Positions 1-10,594 of a stretch of DNA of 64,000 nt are shown here, piece after piece. Made by a program: the position numbers and the translations under genes. Under the pieces are notes generated by a model. That model was not told the origin of the DNA, did not search any database, and saw only the letters and a program-made list of their open reading frames with translations. How positions within the stretch are numbered: the first letter of the stretch is position 1; the number at the start of each line of letters is the position of its first letter. The stretch is from Oopsacas minuta (lineage: Eukaryota; Animalia; Porifera): NCBI GenBank assembly GCA_024704765.1, contig JAKMXF010000312.1, positions 124,001 through 188,000 on the forward strand, written 5' to 3'.

Positions 1-2292
1 CATTTTCCATTTTCTGTAATTATATCACATCCTTCTTTCAGCACTATTTGGAATAAACAACAGTCAATTGCTCGTATACGGATATGCGGCTAATACGGAA
101 TCTTTTATCGATCCTATTCCTATTTTATGCGCCTAATTCAGATTATTCATGATTTTAAACATATCTATTGTAAAATTATTAGTACCTATTTCCAAGAAAC
201 TAATTGAAATGCAGACAATAAGACTAATAACATTTTGAGATTGAATTTGCAGCCTTTTAGACAGTAATAATCTTTCTATAACATCATTAACATTTTGAGG
301 CCGGGTGTAATCAGGATTAGTGTATTGAATCTCCTCTAATGCACATTGTACGAACGTAATTCATGAATCGCACTCCATTGGTTCTGTAACATTTTCGAAA
401 AATTTACAAATTACAAATAGAAATAATTTGTGTAACCCATTCTATTACAGATTTAGTAAACTTAATACCTTGATATGTCCTGGGAAATAGTCCTACAGTA
501 TATATCTGCTCGCTTCCATCATTCAGTGTTACTATACAGCTGTAGGAGCCTGGATTGGTTATACTGGCCCTCAATACACTAACTCCTGTGCTGGAACCTG
601 TATCAGAATCTAGGTATGTGCTGATGCTATCTAGATTTGTGTATTTCCAAACAGTCTGTTGTGTGTGTATAGTATTCGTTACACAGTAGAGAGTTGTACT
701 GACAGTAAATACTGTATTCTCTGCCAAAGGCTGGAACAGATATGATCCTATCGCTTGTCCAAATGGATCAACTAAAGAGTAATATATTAAGAATTTATGT
801 CAGCTATTCATATTCATTTCATTAGTCTACAAAACAGTGGCACTCTCTATAACAGCAGCCTTTAGCGCTATACTGTTATTACCATGTTCTATTGCATTTC
901 TAATTTCCTTGCAACACAATTACATACAAATATTTACATTTTGATAATTATTGCAATATGTACCTGGATATATCGCTGGTTCCAATAAAGCTACAGTATA
1001 AATTCTTTCTATACCACCTTCTTGAGTGACGCTACACATGTAGAAGCCAGGGGCTGTTATGTCTAGTGTTTCAGTATCAACTCCTCGAGTATCGGCTGTG
1101 AATTCGCCTATGTCAGTAATTTCACCTCCGAGGTCAACATAACTCCAGGTGATAGATGGTAGGCCCGATAATAACTCTGATACACAGTATAGTTGGGCAT
1201 TTTCAGTGAATATAGAATCGTCTGGCAGTGCTTCACTTTCACCAGTAGCATACATTACACCGAATGGAGACACTAGAAATATAGTACGGGTAATGAATTA
1301 TTTGTAACATATATTCAATTTATCATAATGATTACCTGGTGAGCTACAGAAATGACAACCTATTGTATCACCACACGGTACATCAAACCACTTAGAATTC
1401 CCAGTTATTTGTGCGCAGTCTTCATTTCCTGATTCCTCTCTTGGTTGACCAAAACCCCAGTTGGTATAGTTTACTGGACTGCCGTCTTCCCAGAAAAATA
1501 CATTTTCAGTGAATTGGTCACTTAACCCGATCCAACAGTTGGTAACTGATTCCTCGATCATCTTGTCGTAAATCAAATCATTTTCTCTACTTGAAGTTAC
1601 TGAAGCAATAGTCTCCTCATCCGTCGCACATGCTGCTTTAGCCTGATTCCAGTCTCCACCCGTATATCTGTAGTTGAAACATTTCTCTCCATTATAGATA
1701 CGACTACATCCTTGGGTCGGGACTAGAGGAATGAATTGTTATATCTTTACTGAAAATTTCTTTATTATTTATTTATTTATATAATATTCGATTAATTGGA
1801 CCTGTCCTGCTATATTTAATCCCCCAATGTAGGCCCGAGCGGACCATCCATGGCGCCATATATGATCCCTGTAGTTAATATACCCCTGGATAATCCAAAT
1901 AGTGAAGAAGATAGCTTCCTCGCTTGTGTTGTTCGGATATGATTATTAAAATTCAATTTTATCTGTATACTATTAACAGTTGGATATTATTAAACGAGGA
2001 TTGTATGATGTGTAAGTTACAGGATCCCAACTTGGACATCAGTAACAATATAAAAGGCTAATGATGTATACCGTAGAATTCAATACATAGACACCCGTTA
2101 CCCAAATGTGATGCAAAAAAGAGTGGGGCTCCCCACTTTGCACACACCCCGCTTCCCCTTGTTAGCGTTACGTGACGTTTGAACGGCCCCTAATGATATA
2201 TTTCTAACTACGTTATACTTACCTTGTAAATGTACAGGTGCTACCTGAAGAAGCAGAATTAACAAGAATCCAAATATAATATTTGTTTTCAT
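1..2292 (-). CDS. Secreted/surface mosaic protein: signal peptide, C-type lectin domain(s) and two Ig-like domains; multi-exon, runs off the left edge
   Basis: Signal exon 2223-2292 (MKTNIIFGFLLILLLQVAPVHLQG|GTAAGT). C-type lectin exon ~1337-1730 (CFNYRYTGGDWNQAKAAC...CWIGLSDQFTENVFFWEDGS...EDCAQI...WFDVPC). Ig-like exons ~960-1273 (LYC...ITWSY...GFYMCSV) and ~475-770 (LYC...VWKY...GSYSCIV). Positions ~1-40 read LKEGCDIITENGKC, like the start of another lectin domain. Internal exon boundaries are approximate. Confidence 0.7.
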
Positions 2293-2857
2293 ATCACAAT
2301 GACAAAAATATCAGAAAATATTGATGTATGGTAACTGTGATAAGAAATGTTGGAATTCTAATAATTGGACTACTTTTATACTTTTGCTGTGTCTCGCGAT
2401 GAAACTACATCACAAGTCAAGACCGAGCCAATACATTTATTCATATTCACAATGTGTTGAGATTTGATGTATTAAATAGCTTGTGTAGGATTAATATTTG
2501 GATATTGTCCTCGTTGAACAAAATAGATATCCTCAGCGACATGATGTATCTACATATTCAGATTCGTACTTGGTTGCTAAAAGGCTTTCAGAATCTCTAA
2601 TTGAAATTTGCGGATACCAATTATAAGTTCGTAGTCTTGTGAATCTTAGGAATAAGAATAGGCCATGCTGGAGGAGTAAACAGATGCTGTAGAACTCAGT
2701 TGGTATGTACTTTCGGTTTGTAGTTTAATCAAAAAGGATTTCCTCTACTATTAATTGCATAGGAAAAGTGTTCGGATAAGACGTACTTCCACTCATACGT
2801 TTAATTATTGATTCCTCAGGGAGTATGTCTTATCCGAGTTCTACCGTATGGATACAC

Positions 2858-2936
2858 AAATGTCAGGTGCACATCTAGATGTTACTACGAGTGCAAATAC
2901 CAAATTTGGTGTCTTAATCTCTAAAGGTGCGAACAG
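2858..2936. repeat. Dispersed repeat (second copy at 36500-36578), followed here by a (CATA)n tract; possible non-autonomous element fragment
   Basis: 79-bp AAATGTCAGGTGCACA...CCAAATTTGGTGT...GAACAG shared with 36500-36578 with scattered mismatches. Confidence 0.6.
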
Positions 2937-4354
2937 GAGAGGGAACACCATACATACATACTTACATACATATATCTGAGTATTAAGTCTATCATTTTAT
3001 CTAAGTTGTTTAATACTTCTTTTAATGAGACGTATTTCGTATTTATAATACGCATATACGCTCAATCTACAATTTTTGGTGACGTAACTTCTATTAGGCT
3101 AATTCTGCAGTAAATATTTTGCATTAAAACAGAAGTCCTCGAATTGTTAATAAGAAATATCAGCTTAGATAACCAAATTATATAATACTTGATTATTATG
3201 TGATTTATACAACTCTAAAATGTCAAAATCTGATATTTCGAGATATACGATAGAATAGATCACGTATAACATATTATATAGCTTAGAATTATAACTGAGC
3301 TACTATGATGTGTAATAGTATTATAATCAGCTGTACAGTATAAATTACCTATTTAACCTATCAGATTACGTCATTAAGAAGGACCAATCAAATAACAGTT
3401 AAATGAACTACAGATGTATCCAACAACAAAAAAGCTTTTTCAATTTGTCCTCCTATTTATACCAAAAGTATACAAGCCTACTAGTGTTTACAAACACAAG
3501 GATCTGATTGGGCAAGACGAGTGCTTTTGAGGCTTACATTATTTGATGGAGTTCTGTCATTTCCCAGTTCATTAATTTGAGTAAATATTATTATTTGTCT
3601 TACTTTTAACTTCTGAGATTTTCCAGACGTGACAGTAGCATATATCTTCCATCTGCAGCGCACTTGGAGAATTGTGGTTACACTTATACGCGAATTATTT
3701 AGAAATCCGATAGTAGTGTGTATTACTAAATGCGCAACTGTATCACACAAAAATGATATATCTACATATTTGGTATATTCATACATATTCTCAAATCTTC
3801 TAAGAATATTGATAAGAAAGGTTTTTGCATCATAAAGTAAGGTTAGATATTTTGGCGAAGGGAATACAACAACAACATTCCAATAGTATAAGAATAATTA
3901 ACAGTGAGAGAGCGTAAATAGGAACAATGAGTAGAAAGGGGAAAGTTACTACAAATCAAAATCAATAAGAGTATTAATTAAGAAAAGTTAGGGAAAATTA
4001 TGTAAACTGAATACTCACTCTTGCTACTTGTCAAACATCGCTCTTCTGCAGATTTCTGAAAATACCTATGGTCAAAATATCAGCACAATCAAAATACGGT
4101 TTTATTTGTGAGGCTTCCTCCTGCTGAAACTATTTTATTCTACTCTGAGACAATAATTACTAAATACATGAATTCTTATAGAATATCGTATGTGCCATCA
4201 AATGACCCATCATGCTATGCCATGTAATACATAAATACAATCACAATATATTATCTCATTATTCCATCACCTTTGCTAATCATACTCGTGTAAAAAGGTG
4301 TAAAGATTGCTTATATAAATACACACATTTATGATGTAAAATATTCGCTGAAAA

Positions 4355-4906
4355 ATGGATGTCATTCAATCACTAATTGTTGGGGTTATAAATATTATTA
4401 ATCAAGTCTTAGGTGTTATTTTGGTCATTTATAGTGCCATAGTTGGAACATTTTTTGGCGGGATATCAATCGCTGTTGACTCAGAAGATAATGCCTCATC
4501 CGGTTATCTAACATTCCTGTGCGTTGCCATGGTGCTAACTGTGGTATTATACATGTTATTAATCACATTTGGTGTGCTTGGTTCCGCTTTCGTCATAACT
4601 GGCAATGACTGCATACAGAAGGCTGCCATTGTGCTATTAATAGTATCAGAGGTGTTGATCGTGTTTGTTGTTGGTATAAATGTTGCAGCGATAATATTCT
4701 CACGATTGTATATCGAAACATTAGTAGCCGGACCATATTATTTCTCTTATTTCTATATTCTAAATATTGTTATTGTTATTTACTTGAGCTTCAAATTCTT
4801 GTTTCAACTTGTTTATATTATTGGTGTGTTTCCAAATATCCAAGATGGCCCCCCAGGCCCAAAGGACAAGGAAGAAAAGAGACATGCAACCAGCTGTATG
4901 ATATAA
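4355..4906 (+). CDS. Intronless ~4-TM membrane protein of unknown family
   Basis: 183-aa ATG-initiated ORF with four long hydrophobic segments and a short charged C-tail. Confidence 0.6.
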   Translation: MDVIQSLIVGVINIINQVLGVILVIYSAIVGTFFGGISIAVDSEDNASSGYLTFLCVAMVLTVVLYMLLITFGVLGSAFVITGNDCIQKAAIVLLIVSEVLIVFVVGINVAAIIFSRLYIETLVAGPYYFSYFYILNIVIVIYLSFKFLFQLVYIIGVFPNIQDGPPGPKDKEEKRHATSCMI

Positions 4907-5129
4907 ATTGTTGTTGTTTATGTATATTTATGCTATATTATATTCATTTCATTCATCTATATATCTTGATACTACTAATTAAATTATCATCTTGTGATTC
5001 AAAACAAGTTATTTCTCATTGCTGTTAGCCTGGATGTATTCGTTTGTAGAGCATATACGCATTTCATAACCTAATCATACACAAGAAAGATGGGAAAGCT
5101 AATCCACCTGCCATACACAATTTATAATA

Positions 5130-5314
5130 CAGTCGACTCCGGTTAATCGGACCACTGGTTAATCGGACAATTCGGTTAATCGGACCATTTTCTCCTGGAC
5201 GGAATCTAATCTAATCCAGGATTAATATTTAACATCTTTCGGTTAATCGGACACTCCGGATAATCGGACCACTTTACTCTGGACAAAAGTGGTCCGATTA
5301 ACCGGAGTTGACTG
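5130..5314. mobile_element. TA-targeting MITE (Tc1/mariner-pogo type), 185 bp
   Basis: 27-bp TIRs CAGTC(G/A)ACTCCGGTTAATCGGACCACT with one mismatch, TA on both sides, and internal GGTTAATCGGAC repeats. Confidence 0.9.
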
Positions 5315-5524
5315 TATATATATTACAGTAAACACCGTGGATCACAGTATAGCTAAAAATAGAATCTTACCTAAGGGTAAATTCCTAAATACACATATGA
5401 TCTCATAATCTAATTAGAGCATATACTACTATCTAATAGAATCTAACCAAGTATATACCTATTAGGATAATATAAATAAATCAGGACTGCTGTAATTCAT
5501 TATATTTGTCCAACATCTCAAATT

Positions 5525-6115
5525 ATGTCCTATAAGCCTCTCCACGTAGAAACCGGCCTTGATAAGGTTCAGCTAGTAACCAAGGAGCCGCAGAGCCATA
5601 TCCACACCACTACCTATGGACCACAAGTTCCCAGACACTCAATCGCGATCTCCTTAACCCTCGCTGTCATCTCGTATTGTTGCTGCTCGGCCCTAGGTAT
5701 CATCCCAATAATAATGGTCGTGTTTGCATACGTGAAACGTGAACATGGCAAGGCCCAAGAAGCCACACGCATGAGCAATTACTCACGAGTTGTGTCTGGG
5801 ATTGTAATTGCCATAGCTGTAATTCTTAGCCTCATGATAATCCTCTTCTTCATCGGATCCGCTGTTATGAGGTACTACCGTTATCACTACAATGATTATT
5901 ATGGCTACGACTACGACTACCCAATTGATTACGTCATAGACCCCCCTTACGATTACTACGATAATTATGACAACACTGATCAGATTATCGATGAAATTAT
6001 TTACGACACCGAGATGATATATGATGAGATTGCTCCAACTGATGACTATGTCCCAGTGGATCCTTCCTCCTACTATGATTACGAGGACCCTTCCTACTAT
6101 GATTACGAGGACTAA
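5525..6115 (+). CDS. CD225/dispanin (IFITM/PRRT-like) membrane protein with a Tyr/Asp-rich C-terminal tail
   Basis: LAVISYCCCSALGIIPIIMVVFA...HGKAQEATRMSNYSRVVSGIVIAIAV matches the dispanin pattern (CC...GxxA...A...S...TM); tail ends in duplicated PSYYDYED. Confidence 0.75.
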   Translation: MSYKPLHVETGLDKVQLVTKEPQSHIHTTTYGPQVPRHSIAISLTLAVISYCCCSALGIIPIIMVVFAYVKREHGKAQEATRMSNYSRVVSGIVIAIAVILSLMIILFFIGSAVMRYYRYHYNDYYGYDYDYPIDYVIDPPYDYYDNYDNTDQIIDEIIYDTEMIYDEIAPTDDYVPVDPSSYYDYEDPSYYDYED

Positions 6116-6339
6116 TTCTATTGGCTGACAAGTCGAGAGACAGCTGTTTTTCTTTTTAGTGTGTTTAGGCCTATATATCTAACCTATAAATACCTCTTTT
6201 GAGTTTATTTTCATTTTTCCCACTATTCATAAGATGTGTTTGTATCTCTTATTCACATTACAGTAACTGGAAAACATGTAAAGGGGTAAAATCTTCCCAT
6301 AATATTTCGTCTTGCTTGTCGCTCGATAAATTACTTACA

Positions 6340-6480
6340 ATCACCCCCCGCTATCCCAAACACGAACATAGAATACCCGCTTATATCGAAGTGTGAGATT
6401 ATACAAATATGGCCCCAAACCGTCAGAGTAAAATATTTTTCATCGGTTATAACGAAGGAATTATCACGGTCCCTTGAGCT
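6340..6480. mobile_element. Degenerate copy of the window's pogo-like MITE family
   Basis: Shares ATACCCGCTTATATCGAAGTGTGA...TACAAATATGG...CCCAAACCGTC...TTATCACGGTCCCTTGAGCT with copies near 23.1, 26.7, 28.5, 53.0 and 62.9 kb. Confidence 0.7.
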
Positions 6481-6753
6481 TTGGTAAACAGGACCGTATT
6501 TAGATTGGTCCTGATTTATTGGAATATTTTACTTGCATATTAAACTATTGACTTCATCCCAAGAAACGGAAAAGACATGCTAGTTTGAGGGAACGCCGAA
6601 TTAACATTTGTAGAACTGTTTTTGTTTTGTCAGATTTCACCTCTGGCTCCCTTCGCTTATTCGATACCCTAGATTGTATTCTGATTACTAATTATTCATT
6701 CTATCGTACGTTCGACTAGCTAAACGATCCGCACGATAACAGATCTACGTACG

Positions 6754-7792
6754 ATGGCACAAAATGACTTCGAAGCAGCCCCGATCATAACTGAACCGGA
6801 GAATTTCGAAAATTCTACAGTCTCCCGAGGCGATCGACCAAGGCCTTCCGGGCCTGGCGGCGTGATACCAACTAAGCTCTACGTCAAACGGATTCCGGAG
6901 GCAGTAACCTCGAAAGAGCTCAACGACCTTTTCGCGACATACGGGACCGTCACTGAGTGTGCTATTATTCGCTCCTACGCTTTCGTTGTACGTTCTTGAT
7001 AATTATACGTTTAGGAAATCTATTTAGAACTCTACAATCGAATCTGATTGGGCAGGAATTGAATCATGGCTTATTTTGTTTGTTTGTTTGTTTGTTTGTT
7101 TGTTTGTTTGTTTTTGTTTTTTTTATGATATTTTATTGTTGTTTCAGCACTTCTCAAATGGTGAAGAGGCTGCTGCTGCTCTTGCAGCACTCAATGGGTA
7201 CAGGTTCATGGGTGTAAATCTAGAGATTGAGGTATGTGTACTTATTGATTTGTTTATTGTGTTTTTATCATTTTTTGTCAGCAATCAAAGTCACACTCCA
7301 GGAGTCGTCGAATGAATAACAGAAGAGATGTGTATCGCAATGATGATTACGGGGGTAGAAGAGATAGAGACAGGTCTCCTGTTTATTCTGGTATGTGAAT
7401 ATTAAATATTTGTTTATTGTTTATTAGCTATTTACCACCTTTAGGCTATGGAGGAGAGTACTCAGATTACGGGTCTGGTTATGGGTATTCAGACTCGTAT
7501 GGAGGCAGGTACATGGGAGGACATTACAGGTCTCCTAATCCAAGGAGAGGGTATCCACCTGCACCTAGGTACATGGCACCACAATATAAGTAAGTTATAT
7601 ATAGCGACTGGACCACCAAGGTTCCATAGACCTCAGGTTGAGAACCACTTGTCTAGATATTTGTCACTTCACATAATTTATTTATTTAGCATTTCTAGCA
7701 CCTACCCTCCAGCACAGAATTACCAACCTTACGGACCCCCAAGACCCAGAGGACCCCCACCTCCTCTCACTTCATACTATCCAACAACCTGA
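6754..7792 (+). CDS. Single-RRM RNA-binding protein (RBM4/lark-like RRM) with R/D- and G/Y/P-rich tail; multi-exon
   Basis: KLYVKRIPE...LFATYGTVTECAIIRSYAFV|HFSNGEEAAAALAALNGYRFMGVNLEIE across the intron 6988-7147; further GT-AG introns downstream. Confidence 0.8.
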
Positions 7793-8061
7793 ATGAGAGC
7801 TTTTATACTTTCTCAGTAGTTAGGGATATAGGCCTACTGAACGCTCATACCTGATTGGCTTATGATACCCAATCAATTGTTTAGTTTAGTTATAGCTGAT
7901 ATTCTGTTCAGTTTCGGAATTACGCTTTATTACACGTAATTAATACTTGGACAATTTATGATATATAGTTCCTTATTGAACTAATTAATTATTTGGTGGC
8001 AGTTCTAAGGGGAAGGGGTAAAGTCCTCTGGGTTATATAACTATAAATCTATATTTAGACT

Positions 8062-10209
8062 ATGAAAACAAAAATTAGAATATTTGCTGTTCCAATAATC
8101 TTCACATTCCTGACTGTAGTATGGCTGCTATGGTATATTTTCACACCTCTACGGGTAGTATATGTACATAACACCTATGAGGGTGTGGTGAAGAAGCCAG
8201 ACAGAATTGGAACTATACTAGATCATAGTTCCAGTTTGGAAATAAATGAAATTACAGCTAAACAAACTTATTTGAAATTATTATTACCAAATCAAGTACA
8301 TATCCATGGTAACGATGATAACTCACAGGAATGCAATATGAATACGTGTTTCAATATGAGTAGATGTCTTAATGGGTTTAGCGTATATGTATATAAACCT
8401 GTTTTTAGCGCCAAAATATCACCACTATATGCAAAGATTTTGAAGGTAATTTGTTTTGTAAAATTTGTGTACAAATTGTTTATTGTTGTTTACTACCTAG
8501 GTGGTATCAGAGTCACAATACTTGACAACAGACCCGACAACAGCTTGTGTATTCCTGCCACCTTACGACACACTAGACAGAGATCCTCTGTCTACAGACT
8601 ACAGCCATGGTTTCAGATACACACTAACATCACTACCGTTTTGGAATAATGGAATGAATCATTTGGTATTCAATTTTTTCTCGGGAACTTTTCCAACTTA
8701 TTCACATAGTTTGTCAAGTCTAAATTTAGAATTTGGGCGGGCTATTTTAATCAAAGCCTCCGTTTCGGATAATTTCAATCGTAGAGGTTTTGATATTTCT
8801 TCTCCTCTCTTGCCGAAAGATTTCAAACTGACAGACAGACACCCAGGGGCCTTAAGGGTCCTAAATAACTTGTACCCTGTCCAGAGGAAATACCTGTTGT
8901 CATTTAAGGGCAAGAGGTATGTGTGGGGTGTTGGTTCGGTTGCTAGAAATGCGCTTAGTAACATCCACAATAATCGTGACATAGTGTTACTCACTACCTG
9001 TATCCATGGTGCGAATTGGTATAAATACGAAGACAGGTTATGTGAAAATGATAATAATGTTTACACGGAGTACGAATTTGTTGATTTAATGATTAACAGT
9101 TCCTTTTGTCTTGTCCCCAGAGGGAGGAGATTGGGGTCATTCCGGTTTTTGGAGTCTCTACAGTTTGGTTGCATTCCTGTGTCGCTATCTAATAGCTATG
9201 TTATGCCATTTAGTGATGTAATTGATTGGAAATTGACTGCAATAAATATTGATGAAAGAAATCTATTCCAGGTTTGTTTGTTTGTTTGTTTGTTTGTTTG
9301 TTTGTTTATTTGTTTTTCGAATTTACTTAGGTTCCAGCTGAAATTCATTCAGTTTCAGCCAATCAACTTCTAGCTATGCGTCTACAAGCCCAATTTATTT
9401 GGGAAACATATTTCTCTTCAACAAGAAAATACATTTCTACAATTTTAGAGATTTTGAAAGATAGAATATATTCACACTTTTCTCGTAGCTACCATCAATG
9501 GAATTTTCCTCCTGGCGCTATTTTCAACCAAATGGAATATGTCTATAAAAACAATAACAATCTGTTTACAGCTGTAGTAAATATTTACGAAACTGTGACA
9601 GGAGCAAAACTCTCAGAAAAGGTGTTAACTCTTCAAAAATGTGAAAATTTATATCAAATTATATTAGTGACAAATCAAAAATTTCGATTTGAAGATTCTA
9701 TAAAAATCCAAATTTTGTCAAAATACGATTTGAAATATTTTCATTTCAAAACCGACGCAATTCTAAATTTAGATTTTTACGGAATTCCAGACTACAAAGA
9801 TTTGAATTTTGGATTCTACATATGGCGCCAATTTCCTGATCGATTGGTTGGATTTACTGCCGCTTCACACTTCTGGGACACCACCAAGGACCAATGGGTT
9901 TATGACAACACCGGGAATAATCGATTCTCCATGGTTTCGATTTCCCCTGCTTTTTATCATAAAAGTTATGACAGTCACTTTACAAAATATATCCCAATTT
10001 CTAATTTAGAATGTGAATTTATTTCTTTGAATTTTCACATATCACACCTTATAAAACATCCGCCAATCCTAATCAGTACCACTTCAAGCCACACGGACAC
10101 ATTTAACACTTCGCTTGTGCAATCATGTATGAACCAATATGTGTCGTATCACGGTTATAACCCACTTGTATATTCACAGGTCAAACTTGTTGTTAATACA
10201 TTTGAATAA
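8062..10209 (+). CDS. EXT1: Exostosin-1 (heparan sulfate polymerase subunit), 3 exons
   Basis: Type II TM anchor; GT47 motifs FKGKRY...RNAL...VLLTTC...FCLVPRGRRLGSFRFLESL are EXT1-like; C-terminal GT64-like domain (WRQFPDRLVGF). Introns ~8445-8500 and ~9272-9330. Confidence 0.9.
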
Positions 10210-10594
10210 TTTCACACCTAGCAAGCATTATTTATTGAAATATTTGTTGATGTTTATTTGATGATATGACTTTTGAAAAGACCACTTTCAAAAGTGGCAC
10301 ACCAGAATGACACCTAGCAGAATCGTCCACAACTTAATCGTAACCAGAACTATAGATTATGTATATACTTGTTTACTGTCTAGACACCTTTTTGACAATA
10401 ATCATTATTTGTATTTATATATGCTTAAAATCTGATTTTTAATCAAAAATAGCAAATTCTATAAATTCAATATTTCACTGACAATGTTTGTAATTTTATA
10501 ATAATAGCTGTCAGCCACCTAATGAGATAACCTGTGCCATTTGACGACACATTTTATCTTCTTCACATTTACGAGGGTATTCGCATAACAACGA

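Noticed and set aside
2779-2850. vWA MIDAS-like peptide LIIDSSGSM
   Set aside because: There is an in-frame stop just upstream and no continuing domain; at best a pseudo-exon fragment.
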